Below, piece by piece: positions 38,140 through 49,975 of a DNA stretch of 61,339 bases. Origin of the DNA: Polymyxa betae A26-41 (Eukaryota; Protista; Endomyxa: Phytomyxea); contig RBZT01000774.1 of NCBI GenBank assembly GCA_003693705.1, positions 1 through 61,339 of the forward strand. Reading direction: 5' to 3'. Positions within the stretch are counted from its first letter, which is position 1, and each line of letters opens with the position of its first letter. The position numbers were made by a program, and so were the translations under genes. The notes below the pieces were generated by a model that saw nothing but the letters and a program-made list of their open reading frames with translations, was not told the origin of the DNA and did no database searches.

Positions 38140-38565
38140 TTTACAGGTCGATCATGAGTGGCTGCAAGGCATCACGATGTTCACGTAAATGTAAATATGC
38201 ATGAGCCATATTTTCCATTGTTGGTGGAAACAGACCGACGACTGTGAGAGCAGCTGTAAAACCGGACGGTCGCGATCCGTATTCAAAAGATTGCCAAGAT
38301 CAATCATTGCAGATGATAAACAATGTCCTTTAAAGGAACGTTGCGCTTGATAAGATTTCTAACGTCGCTGATCCAATTCAGAGCTTCTCTCAAAAGCCGA
38401 ACAATAAATTGGTCGATCAAATCCATGAATTTTTATCCATCGCTGTAGGGTTCGGATAGAGATATCTGTGTTATAGTGTAGTCTAAGGCTTTCCACGATC
38501 TCTTCGTAGCTCTGACCAGCTTCAAGTTGATGCTGGACGAAGCCAAGGAGCTGCTGTGTCGGCAT
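38140..38565 (-). pseudogene. Internally deleted transposase remnant (N-terminal Clr5-like HTH plus C-terminal tail)
   Basis: SYEEIVESLRLHYNTDISIRTLQRWIKIHGF HTH; tail PPTMENMAHAYLHLR; no DDE core present. Confidence 0.6.
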
Positions 38566-39569
38566 TGAGAGCTAAGGGGCAGATGGCGTCTCCCGGGACG
38601 GCGAGATATTCAGATGCAAGTGTATCGCTAAGCACAACGACGACGAGATAACCAGACGAAAAAAAATTAAGTGACACGCAAAAAAAAAAACAATGCGTGT
38701 CGCAATATGGCGGTTCTCGCATTCCGTACGAAACAGATGAAAAAAGTCACGGACTCAGTCGACTCTCGAGCTCTGGCCATGCTGGTCCATGCCTTCGCCC
38801 GACCCGGATGCGGAGTTGTCCTGCACGGTCCCAGTCCCCGACACATCATCTCCGCTCGGTCTGATCGCGCCCATACTGGACCCGCCCGTATAAAGTCCCG
38901 ATATCTCTAGATCGACTTCTGGTAATTCGAAACGAGGCGCCGTACCCCTTAGTAATCCACGGTTTATACAGGTCCGCTTTAACCGACAATTTTTATTGCA
39001 AAGATCTTGTATTGTCCCTTTTTGAATACTGAATTTTTACAGAAACTGCAATAGAGAGAATATTTATCTGCAGCTGCTGAAGCCAGCCAGCACTTTCAAT
39101 CTCTTCGAGTTCTTGCAGAGGCCATTAAAGAGTGAAATTGCATTAACGTTCCAACCCGTATAAAAAGTAGGTGTTCTTACTATTATCATCATAAATTCAG
39201 CTTGGAAGCGTTTTTCCGATCACATCGTTTTGGAGATCCAGAATCGTGACGATTTAATTGGGGAATACCTTCAATATTTGGAATTTCTATGCTCGTGACG
39301 ACCTATATGTGGATGTAATGATTGAAATCTTCCAGTTGAAGAGAGATTCCAACAAACTCCGAGCATCAGACGATTAAAAGAAACATCACGACGGCAACAA
39401 AATTAAACCCTGCAGAATTGATACAACCCTAAACCCTAGTAACAGAAATGTATTCTGGTACAGATGACGTTTTCCCTGGGAGATGAGGTAATTTTGACAC
39501 GAACGGTTTTCTTACGTCTTGTGATCTCATAGGAACGTTTATTTATTATTATAGTCTTGTTACGCTATA

Positions 39570-40500
39570 TTACCATTGGATGTCCCACAAGCGATTTTCG
39601 GACAGATCCAGCTGAGTAACGTTAATAACAGCGGCGAAACATAAGAAATGATTCTCATCACTGTGCCGAAACGTTCTTAAAACGTTAAACTGCTTCATCC
39701 GCTTGTTTACCGACTCGGATCTTGCCATCACCTTTTTGTGTTGCCTGTTAAAACTTATTTCCCATTCATTTTTGGGGTTCATAAATGGTGTCAGAAAAAA
39801 TCGGCCGCCATCTCGGTACCCTTTATCAGATAAAACTTTTTCCCCAACTTCAAGAATTTCAGTGAAGCCTGATCTTGCCAAAGCAAGATCTGAAAACTTC
39901 CCGCATGGCAATCCTCCAGACCACCAAACAATTTTTGAATCCCCCAAGCTCACTCCGATTTCGTATCTCAGGCCAGCATGATGTAGCTTATGTGAATAAT
40001 AATCTGCATTGCATCGGTGAGGCTCCTCGATCCAACAGTCAGTCCCGTCTAGAGTACAGCAAGGCACGGGATGATTCCAGTTCGAATAGCGATCATGGAA
40101 ATCCACCTGCAGAAAGAATACTATCTTTTAGAGAAAGAGTAATGTTCAAACTTAAGATTTCTACCAATTCCAGTTGACCGATTTGGTGAATGGCCATCCA
40201 AACCCATTTACGAAAGGTTTTCGCAGTGCACTGAAAAAAAGAGCATGCCACATCCTCGGTAGGATAATTTTTTAGAAAAAACAGTGCCCATAACAGTTTG
40301 ATACGTGTGAACCCTTTCTTATCAGCAATTCTTGGTAACAATAGATTCCACAAGGTTAGTGTGACATTCAAACTCGCTCCGAAATGTGCTTTATACTGAC
40401 GGTGCCAATAATCTGTTCCATAACCAGACGATTTGATGACTTGGGACGCCAGTTGCTGGAAGCTCATGGCGTGTCCACATCGGCTGACTGTCTCGGCCAT
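39570..40500 (-). CDS. Harbinger DDE transposase (DDE_Tnp_4 family), one intron, apparently intact
   Basis: LLWALFFLKNYPT; DGTDC, YSHK..GLRYE, SD, DKGY, ARSESVNKRMKQF; phase-0 intron about 40164-40107. Confidence 0.9.
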
Positions 40501-41102
40501 AGCAAAGTGCAGCTAAAGCGCAGTGAATATCGAAATTTACGCAGCTCGCACTATTTTTGTTTTTTATGCGTTTCTTATCAAACCACCCTCATCTTTCTAA
40601 AAAATACTAAACATCGTAATTTTTGTTTTTCGGGCTCCGACGACGGCGTCGGAGCGCACCTGGCTCGCCCGCTTCACCGTCGATTTGACCACCCTGGGAA
40701 GCGCTTTCTGGGTGACCCGCAAACGGGTGGACTGAATCAGCCATTTCCGAATTTTCGGGGGTGATTCTGCTGAAGATGAAGCAGAGAACGAATCAAAAAA
40801 CAGAATCGCCGAAGAAGGCTTCATTGTGGAGATTTTGGCAGCCGAAAAGAAGATACACCCTAAACATCGTAAATTTGGGTGATCTTCGTAATTTACGATG
40901 TTTAAGGTGGTTGCGCCAGATGACACTGAGAAGGCCGAGCACGAGGGTCCCTTTAGGTAATGGTTTAGCATTGCCCCATGCTCCATGGGAGAAGACTACG
41001 TTACAATCGGGGCTCCAGTGTCTCCACTTTTACTCTATAGACCGATGACAGAGACAGCTATTGGTGTTTTTGCCCTTTTCCTTTCGCTTCATCGTCCTGA
41101 CG

Positions 41103-41929
41103 ATGCCAAACCTTGGCGTCGAGCGAAAGTACGGCTGGCGACCGGAACATTCGGAAGCCCTTCACAAGTACATGTCTGAGCATGATCATTCGGGTGCGCT
41201 GACCGGCAGCGTCGTGAAAGAATGCTGCGAGATATTTCGAGATATGAACTGTAATTACTTATCCAGCCGAATACGCTCAATGCGAGCGAAGCTCGCAAAA
41301 GGTATTATGGTCAGCTCATTCATGCATTTATATAAAATGAATCATTACCCTGTGTATTTATATTTCATCTGTTCAGACCCAATTCCTGAGAGCGCGTCTA
41401 TATTGGTGAACGGGTCTACGACATCTTATGGAAAAGAAAATGCAGACATGGCAATTGTTCGTGCAAGCAAGAAACAGAAAGTCGACGACAGTCAAGGCCT
41501 CATTATACTTAAGGATCATAGCTCGGATTTCGTGCTCCACCAGACAGCAGAATATACAGATCGAAATGGGAGAGAAACAATTTTGGTAAATCTCGCCCAT
41601 CTGGGGCATTTTTCGATGAAGTTTAAAGTGTCAGAATCGGGTTCCGAACTTATCGTGACTCTTTTGAGTAAGTTCGCGGATGCCACGCCATTTCTGGATC
41701 CCGCTATCAAAACGATTTCTGAGGCGATGGTCGATCCGGAATACAAATTCTGAGCGCAATGCTAAACAAGAATCCAAAGCCTATGACATACACTATCCAT
41801 CTGGGAAAGTTTGTTGGCTCGAATCCTGCAACACGTCCTGTGAAGAGCCCTGATGGCTCGATTGTGAGCACACTGATTCTTCTGAATGTCCGAAAGGATA
41901 ACGATGATGATGATGTGGAGATGATGTAA
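41103..41929 (+). pseudogene. Harbinger second ORF (Myb/SANT-like N-terminus), frameshifted near 41750
   Basis: WRPEHSEAL..LSSRIRSMRAK; reading continues in the adjacent frame to an acidic tail DNDDDDVEMM. Confidence 0.6.
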
Positions 41930-42004
41930 AAACACAAAGAGTTGCTGATTTTCATTCAATTCTGAATTTGTGCGATCTGCTGATGTAGTTATCTCATCTC
42001 CCTG

Positions 42005-42876
42005 TCATTTAATCTCTCCTTGCTTGCTGTTCTTTTGCAAATTTGCAGCCCTTTTGTCACAAACGGTGCTTCCATTACAGCGATTTCTGGGGAAGCTCAT
42101 TATAGGCAAGGTGTCGTGAATCTCTGCGAACTTGGCCACATTCTTATCACAATGATCCTTATAACATCGCAGCATTGCAGTTAACGATTGGTTTACAGAA
42201 TATAACGTCCTTTTGTTGTGCTTTCTTTTATATTGCTTGAAATGTTCATGAAGTTTACCAATCAACCACATCTTGTGATCATCAATATTTCGGAGATTGA
42301 TCTTACGTTTGGTCACATAAAGATCCGGAATCCCAACAACCGGGAATTTGTTGATCTTATCTGCACAATAAGCTTCAATACATTCTATGAGATTCGAAAC
42401 TTCCGCATTGATATTATTACAATCTGAACACGTTTTAAACATGATCAGAAGCCGGATTGTATCAGTTTCAAACCTTCGGAAAGACGGGATGATTCAGCAT
42501 CATATTCTTCATTATCTTCAATGTATAGAACGGGATCGCTGGCGCTGCTCTCTTTGGAAGCTGTTCCATCTTTCATCCGAACATCCTGAGAGTGTTCAAC
42601 TGCAGGTTGGGAGTTCAACATCCTCATATCAACATCATTGATATTATGAAGGGTCCTTTCTATCTCTAATTCATTCGGATTCAGAGCGAATACAGATTCT
42701 TGAAGGGCTTTCAGCAGGTTCAACTCGAGATCAACATCTGCAGTCTCCATCATCTCCACAGATGATGGATCCGAATAGGGTTTTATCCCGCCTGAAGAGC
42801 GAAACCTACGAAGACCAGGCGCTGCTGCTGCTACGCTGACCGTTGCGGACAGGGCCAGTATGGACACGAGCGTCAT
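42005..42876 (-). CDS. Secreted protein family, copy 1 (intact, altered C-terminus)
   Basis: Signal peptide MTLVSILALSATVSVAAA; a phase-1 intron of about 50 nt joins the acidic exon 1 to the basic Cys-containing exon 2. Confidence 0.8.
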
Positions 42877-43434
42877 GGTTTTTGTTACGGGTGTTGGAAT
42901 ATCGGGTAGGGACGCGAAGTGGAACTTGACCTTTTAGATTCCCGAAAATTCTGCGTGGAAATGATTAATCTGGCATTTAAAAGGGATTTTGTCAATCCAG
43001 GCGATTTTCCTGCCTACATGTTGAATCTGAGAGATTTCAAAGCTAAGTTCTGCAGGAGACAGCTGATCAAGATGTGTCAGATATTTTCCCTCTGCTCACT
43101 CTGCAGAGCTCCTTCTCTTGATTATAACGACACTCTTTGAAACGATTTTCTTTGCGCGCACTATTTATGTATCGAGTATAATAATAGCAAAAGGTGGCGG
43201 CGCAACCTGCTGCTGTCATGATCATCAGATTCAGCTAAGTCAACACAGCATGTGATTTTTGTAACAATCTGCCACATCAGAATCTGCCACTGCCTGATTC
43301 CAGGAAATCCTTATTGGATATGGAAGAGATATATCAACAACTCTGAGCATCAGACCAATAAAGGAAACATTACGACGACAACAAAAGTGGACCTTTCAGA
43401 CTTGATCCAACCCCCTAAACCCTAGTAATAGAAG

Positions 43435-44287
43435 TTTATTCTGGTACAGAAGACATCTTTCCTGTCATTCTATCTCTCTGCCTTGCAGCCGTTTTGTCAC
43501 AAATGGTGCCTCCATTACAGCAATTTGTTTGGAAGCTCTTGATAGGCACGGTCTTGTGGATCTCTGCGAACTTATCCACATTCTTGTCACAATGATTGTT
43601 ATAGCATCACAGCATTGCAGTTAACGATAGCTTCGCAGAGTATAACGCTTTTTGTTGGGATTTCTTGTATATTGCTTGAAACGTAAATGACGTTTACCAA
43701 TCAGCCTCATCTTGTGATCATCAATGTTTCGGAGACAGAGCTTACGTTTGGACACATAAAGATCCGGATTCCGATCAACAACTCTGAGTTTTTGAAAATC
43801 ACGTGCACAATGAGTTTCAATAGTTAGAAACTTCCGTATTGAAAGTATTCCATTTTAAGCAATCTTTAAACAGGATCATAAGCCAGATTGTATCAGCTTG
43901 ATACCTCCAGGAAGACGGAAAGACTCGGCATCTTTTTCGATGTTATCTTCAGTGTAAGGAACGGGATCGTTGGCGCCGCCCTCTTTGTAAGATGTTCCAT
44001 CCTTCATCCAAATCTGCTAATTGCAGGTTGGGAGTTCAATATCCTCATACCAACATCATTGGTATTTTGAAGGGTCCTATCTAGACCCAATCCATTCGTA
44101 TTCAGATCGAATCAGATTCATGAAGGGTTTTCAGCAGGTTATCAACATCTGCAGTTTGCATGATTTTAACAGATGATGACTCTGAATAGGGTTTTAACCC
44201 GCCAGTTGAGCGAAACCTAGAAAGACCAGTCGCTGCGGCTGCTACGCTGACCGTTACGGACAGGGCCAGTATGGACACGACCCTCAT
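43435..44287 (-). pseudogene. Secreted protein family, copy 2 (degraded)
   Basis: Homologous along its length, with deletions and early stops. Confidence 0.8.
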
Positions 44288-44875
44288 CTTTATTGACAGG
44301 GCTGTTGGAACATCGGTTCGGGATCCGAAATGGAGCAAAACCCCACGAGACCTTTCAGTTTACCGGAGTTTTCGCCTTGAAATGATAAATCCGTCTTTCA
44401 AAACGGATTCTGTCAGTGTCAATCCCGCCGCCTTTTTTGCATACAAGTTGAATCTCAGAAATTTCAAAGCTGAGTTCTACAATGTATTATAAACACTCTG
44501 CAGGAGACAGCTGAATATGATGTGTCAGATATTTTCACACTGTTTCACAGCATACCTCTTTTTCCTTTATAGAGTCATGACAGAGGTGCGGCGCAACCTG
44601 TCTCCTTTTTCTTTATAGAGTCATGACAGAGGTGGTGGCGCAGCCTGCCTCAGTCATTACCATTTTATTCAGCTAAGTCAGCACAGGTTATGATTTCTGC
44701 AACCTTTTGCCTTATCAGAATCTGCCGCTGCCTGATACCAGGAAATCCTTTGTGGATATTGAAAAGATATCACAACAAACTCCGAGCATAAGACCAATGT
44801 AGGATACATTACGACGGCAACAAAATTGGAACACTGCATTGTTGATCCAGCCGCCGAAACCCTAGTGATAGATGT

Positions 44876-46029
44876 TTATTCTCGTGCAGATGACGTTTTC
44901 CCTGTCATTCTATCTCTCCGCCTTGCAGTGTTTGACGCCTTTTTGCCACAAACGGTTCTTCCATTACAGCGATAGGTGTGGAAGCTCTTTATAGGCAAGA
45001 ACGTGTGAATCTCTGCGAACTTGGCCACGTTCTTGTCACAATGATCGTTATAACATCGCAGCATTGCAGTTAACGATATCTTCACAGAGTATAACGCCCC
45101 TTTGTTGGCTTTACATTGCTTGAAATGTTCATGAAGTTTACCAATCACACTGATCTTGTGATCATCAATGTTTCGGAGAAAGAGCTTATGTTTGGTCATT
45201 CTTAAATACGGAATCCCAACAGCTTTGAATTTGTTCCGAGCCACTTTGAATTTCTTAATTTTTTTGCACAATGAGCTTCAATAAATTCTATGAGATTCGA
45301 AACTTCCGCATTGAACTTATTCCATTCTGAACACGTTTTAAAATATCATAAGCCGGATTGTATCAGTTTCATAGCTTCCGAACGACGGGAAGATTCAGCA
45401 TCATATTCAACATTATCTTCAATGCATATCACGGGATCGCAGGCGTCGCCCTCTTTGTGAGATGACCCATCATTCTTCCGATCCTCCTATCTCCACAGCC
45501 TCTTGAAGGTACAGGGTTCAACTCCCTGTAGGATTGGGCCAACAGGTGGCTGCCTTCACTGTCAAAGTTTCTAAGTCCTCTGTAGGGCTGAAATACGATA
45601 ATTATTCATGGGCTGGATTATCTCCGAAAATATTAAGTATGAGAACCTGGACCTCGGTTCAGGCCCCGCACTAGGGTTATTGTGCCGCCCACTCTGCCGA
45701 AAGGTGCGAACAAATAGTGCAATCCAATCCAATCCAATCCAATCCTTCCGATCCTCCTGAGTGTGTTCAATTACAGGTTGGGAGTTCAATATCCTGATAT
45801 CAACATCAATGATATTATGAAGGGTCCTATCTATCTCTAATTCATTCGTATTCAGATCGAATACAGATTCATGAAGGGTTTTCAGTAGGTTCAACTCGAG
45901 GTCAACTCCTGCAGTCTCCATCATCTGTATAAACCCATCTGAAGAGCGAAACTTAAGACCAGGCGCTGCTGCTGCTATGCTGATCGTTACGGACAGGGCC
46001 AGTATCGACACGAGCGTCATGGTAATCAT
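44876..46029 (-). pseudogene. Secreted protein family, copy 3 (disrupted)
   Basis: 256-bp insertion in exon 1, donor GT changed to CT, frameshift in exon 2. Confidence 0.82.
45489..45744 (+). mobile_element. 5'-truncated SINE/LINE-type retro-insertion
   Basis: 14-bp TSD CTTCCGATCCTCCT (45475-88 and 45745-58); (CAATC)5 3' tail; tRNA-like T-arm CAGGG-TTCAACT-CCCTG near the 5' end. Confidence 0.85.
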
Positions 46030-47252
46030 TGAGGCTGTTGGAATGTCGGCTCGGAATCCGAAGTGGAACGAGACCCGACGAGATTTTTCTGTGATTGCCG
46101 CAAATTCTGCTTGGAAATGAAAATCTGGCTTTGAAAACGGATTCTGTCAATCCAGCCGCCTTTGCTGCCCACAAGTTGAATTTGAGAAATTTTCAAGTTG
46201 CGTTTAGCAATGTATTATAAATGTCCTGCAGGAATCCGCTGAGTAATATATGTGAGATATTTTCCCACTGGTCTCACATCATACAATGCTCGTTTCATGC
46301 AGGCATTTGAAATCGCGCACCGACTTGTCGACTCTCGTTTCATTTCATATTTACATTGATGCGAAAACGTTATTCATTTAGGCAGAGATTCTATTCACCT
46401 TGAGAAGCTGTTTTTCTGTCGAATATTCGAAAGCTGCAAGCGCCTACCATGCAGTAACATATCGCTCGTGGTCGTTCTGGCCCGTACATGTGCAGAGAGA
46501 TGGTTCGTAACAGACTGAGAACGCTTCCGCTTAGTCGCAAGCATCTTCTGCATCAAATAATGACAAACAATGTGACGAATTGAGTGGAAGCTGCGACTGT
46601 GAAGCAGGACACAGGCGTCACTATTCCGTTACGACAGAGTGACGTTACGCATCGCTGCGGTTCAGCACGGGCCAAAAACTATGCATTACGATACAGAGCT
46701 CCTTCCCGATTATAGTGACCCTCTTTGAAACGACAATTTCTTTGCGAGCACTGATAATGCTACATGTAAATAACAGGCCCTTTTTCTTCTTTATAGAGTG
46801 ATGACAGAGGTGGCGGCGCAACCTGGCTCCTTTTCCTGTATACCGGTAGNNNNNNNNNNNNNNNNNNNNNNNNNNNNNNNNNNNNNNNNNNNNNNNNNNN
46901 NNNNNNNNNNNNNNNNNNNNNNNNNNNNNNNNNNNNNNNNNNNNNNNNNAGAGGTGGCGGCGCAACCTGCCTTCTTGTACTTTATACTCTTTATAGGGTC
47001 ATGACAGAGGAGGCGGCGCTTTCTGCTTCTGTCATTATCATCATATTCAGGTAAGTCAGCACACCCTGTGAATTTTGTAACATTTTGTCACATCAGAATG
47101 TGCCGCTGCCTGATTACAAGAAATCGTTATTGGATATTGAAGAGATAATACAACAAACTCCGAGCATTAGTCGAATAAAGGAAACATTACGACGGCAACA
47201 AAATTGAAACACTGCATTGTTGATGAAAAATCTAAACCCTAGTAACAGAAGT

Positions 47253-48123
47253 TTATTCTGATGCAGATGACGTTTTCCCTGTCAATCTATCTCTCCTCCT
47301 TTTACCGTTTGACGCCTTTTTTTCACAAACGGTGCTTCCATTACAGCGAGTCGAGTGGAAGCTCTTTATAGGCAAGGTGTCGTGAATCTCTGCGAACTTG
47401 GCCACATTCTTATCACAATGATCCTTATAACATCGCAGCATTGCAGTTAACGATTGGTTTACAGAATATAACGTCCTTTTGTTGTGCTTTCTTTTATATT
47501 GCTTGAAATGTTCATGAAGTTTACCAATCAGCCACATCTTGTGATCATCAATATTTCGGAGATTGATCTTACGTTTGGTCACATAAAGATCCGGAATCCC
47601 AACAACTTGATATTTGTTGATCTTATCTGCACAATAAGCTTCAATACATTCTATGAGATTCGAAACTTCCGCATTGATATTATTACAATCTGAACACGTT
47701 TTAACATGATCATAAGCCGGATTGTATCAGTTTCATACCTTCAGAACGACGGGAAGAATCAGCATCATATTCTACATTATCTTCAATGTATAGAACGGGA
47801 TCGCTGGCGCCGCCCTCTTTGTGAGATGATCCATCTTTCATCCGATCGTCCTGAGTGTGTTCAATTGCAGGTTGGGAGTTCAAAATCCTCATATCAACAT
47901 CATTGATATTTGGAAGGGTCCTTTCTATCTCCAACTCATTCGTATTCAGATCGAATACAGATTCATGAAGGGTTTTCAGCAGGTTCAACTCGAGGTCAAC
48001 TCCTGCAGTCTCCATCATCTGTTTTAACCCATCTGAAGAGCGAAACTTAAGACCAGGCGCTGCTGCTGCTATGCTGATCGTTACGGACAGGGCCAGTATG
48101 GACACGAGCGTCATGGTAATCAT
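47253..48123 (-). CDS. Secreted protein family, copy 4 (intact)
   Basis: Signal peptide; GAAG|gtatga...ttcag|AT intron; open reading to GKTSSASE*. Confidence 0.82.
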
Positions 48124-49975
48124 TGAGGCTGTTGGAATGTCGGTTCGGAGTCCGAATGAAACGAGACCTTATCGATTCCCGGAATTTCTGCGTGGAAATG
48201 ATTAATCTGGCCCAGAATGCGGATTCTGTCAATTCAGCCGCCAATCCTGACTACAAGTTGATCTCAGAGATCTCAGATCTGTCTTATCAATGTGTTATAA
48301 AGGCCCTGCAGTAGTTAACTGAATAAGATGTGTCAGATATTCGCACTGTTTTCACATCATACAATGTTCGTTTCATGCAGGGTTGAGTTAGGGTTTAAAT
48401 CGCCGCCCAAACTTGTCCAAAGTCGTTTCATTTCGTATTTACATTGAAGTCATTCAATCAGGCAGAGAGTTAGGGTTTTAACGGATTACAGTAATGGTAT
48501 TAAACGTAAAAAAGTCACGAAATCGGCCAGCACCTATTCCGTTACCATAGACTGACGTTACGCATCGCTGCGGTCCATCACGGGCCCCACACTATGCATT
48601 ACGATACAGAGCTCCTTCTCTTGACTGACTCTCTTTGTTACGACAATTTTTTGCGAGCACTGATAATGTTACATGTAACAGGCCCTCTTTATCGAACATC
48701 ATGACAAAGGTGGCGGCGCAACCTGTCAGTATCATCATATTCAGGTAAATCAGCACAGTCTGTGAATTCTGTAACCTTTTGCCCTATCAGAATCTGCCGC
48801 TGCCTTGATGACACAACTTCGGAGGGCTCTTGAAGAGGTGCGGGCGGCGCTTGGAACGCGATCGCCTCAATGCCTTAACAAGCCGCATGTAACGTTAGGG
48901 AGTCCTGAGTCGAATGGCTGAATACAATGCTGTTGACCTTCAAAAGATGCATTTTCTGGTCAATTCGTAAAGTTCATGTCAGCGCCACTTCCAAGAACAT
49001 CTTCGTTGTGAAGCAGAATCTAGCACAAAACGAGTACAAATGGTTGTTTTACCAAAATTGAAAACAGAATCAACAACAAATTTGAAATTGAAACGGCGAT
49101 CGCAGTGTTGTAAAGGAAAGCTTGAGCGGAAAGGTCTTCGATGAATACGGCACTGTTACGAAGATAAAGCGTTTCTCGGTAGCCATTCGACGATTGATGG
49201 CATTCGCAATAACGCTCTGCCGGTATATTAAAACTGATGGGCAGTTGAAGGAACGTTCCGCGCGAACACCATTCGGCGTCCAGAACAGACAGCAGCGGAC
49301 ACCAAGACACCCTGTAAAAACGCAGCCATACAGAACGAGACCAGCCCTATAGCGAAATAGCCCAAAATGCTCCAAGAAGCATTAAAAAGCGCTTTGCAAG
49401 CGAAACAGGGGCGAACAGTCGTTAAAATTTAAAAAGACGAGCAACAATCAAGAGATTTGCAAAAAAATGCAAGATAATGGAACTAATGTGAAAATTGCAG
49501 AAAAATTCCGAAACTGTCAACGATGAAAATCGACGAAATTCACGAACAGGAAGAAGAGTCGACATGAACGAGCTTGTATGAGGTCTGGATAGACAGGACG
49601 CGGCAGGTCGATGGCCGAATCGATCCAGAAAGGAGACTGTCTGCGTCGGCTGCGCGGGACCAGTACGTCCCCAGATTCACATTGAGGATAATCTTGCTCA
49701 GATTGGATGGTCGAATCCGATACGAATCTTACAAAGGTGGAAATCGCCTATTGATCCATTTCAGCCTAAGATATGACTGTAAAACAGAAACCCTAACCCT
49801 AGATGCTTCATTCAATTCGTGACATTATGACGCCATTCATTCGTAACGACAGGTAACGCAATCTGTATCATTAGCAGCAAGTGATAGGCGCTGTGACTTT
49901 GAGGACATTCAGCAGTGATTGTTTATTGAATTGATTAGAACATAGTGGAACAATATTAGCGCAGACTCCACATAA

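Larger units (their letters stand above)
36008..38728. mobile_element. IS3EU-like TIR DNA transposon (non-autonomous) with alpha-kinase cargo
   Basis: About 90-bp TIRs (36008-36098 and 38636-38728) starting TAGGG and TACGG; 6-bp TSD CGAAAC at 36002-36007 and 38729-38734; two convergent ORFs. Confidence 0.85.
39479..42001. mobile_element. PIF/Harbinger DNA transposon, full length (2523 bp)
   Basis: TIRs GGAGATGAGGTAA and TTATCTCATCTCC; TSD CTG at 39476-78 and 42002-04; the empty site ttttccCTGtca is visible in sister gene copies (e.g. near 44900 and 47278). Confidence 0.92.

Noticed and set aside
36008-38728. Tc1/mariner (TA TSD), Polinton or Dada assignment
   Set aside because: A 6-bp duplication lies outside the TA. 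The element is small, lacks AG..CT ends and has TIRs.
42005-48123. Two-gene operon or programmed frameshift in each array unit
   Set aside because: A conserved GT-AG phase-1 intron of about 50 nt joins the two ORFs.
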